This document shows, piece by piece, positions 36,587 through 36,672 of a stretch of DNA of 36,672 nt. The stretch is taken from contig JALUCS010000078.1 of assembly GCA_027050205.1 (NCBI GenBank), forward strand, positions 1 to 36,672, in the 5' to 3' direction. The stretch comes from a candidate division WOR-3 bacterium. GTDB lineage: Bacteria; Hydrothermota; Hydrothermia; LBFQ01. Position 1 is the first letter of the stretch. Each line of letters begins with the position of its first letter. The notes below the pieces were generated by a model. The model did not search any database. It was given only the letters and a program-made list of their open reading frames with translations, and had not been told where the DNA came from. The translations under genes were made by a program, and so were the position numbers.

Positions 36587-36672
36587 ATGAAGAAGAGAAG
36601 AGGAAGGAAAAGGAAGATGAGCAAAGAAGAGGAGAGGATGAGGGAGATGGCATATGAGATAGTGGAGGGGGT
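36587..36672 (+). CDS. 5' fragment of an unknown CDS running off the window (MKKRRGRKRKMSKEEERMREMAYEIVEG...)
   Basis: Perfect SD AAGGAGGT 6 nt before ATG 36587, TAGAAT at 36554-36559 and an open frame to the window end. Confidence 0.6.
   Translation, partial: MKKRRGRKRKMSKEEERMREMAYEIVEG

Overview
This is bacterial DNA from a GC-rich, gene-dense, probably diderm and thermophilic organism. T9SS-like C-terminal sorting domains and a PorV-like barrel suggest a WOR-3/FCB-related lineage (inference only). The window opens with the leader-proximal end of a CRISPR array: 13 identical 29-bp repeats, transcribed on the minus strand, with no cas genes in view. A ~185-bp highly structured element with inverted-repeat ends sits next to the leader. 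Housekeeping and envelope genes follow: a TrkA-type K+ channel, SPFH protein, GT4, pdp, enoyl-CoA hydratase, purC, glyA, leuS, an MlaF-like ATPase, arcC, tRNA-Thr(UGU) and a CtpA protease. Between glyA and leuS lies a lower-GC defence island: type III-like Mod and Res, a second SPPY-type DNA methyltransferase, and an ABC/AAA ATPase plus TOPRIM-like pair. The last three genes are bracketed by a 149-bp direct repeat of the second MTase's 5' end. Three window-wide signals stand out. About 20 of the first genes of transcription units have a TANNNT -10 box 5-10 nt before the start codon and no SD, implying leaderless translation. Several exported non-lipoproteins have ultra-short signal peptides without a basic n-region. 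TCGA appears strongly avoided.
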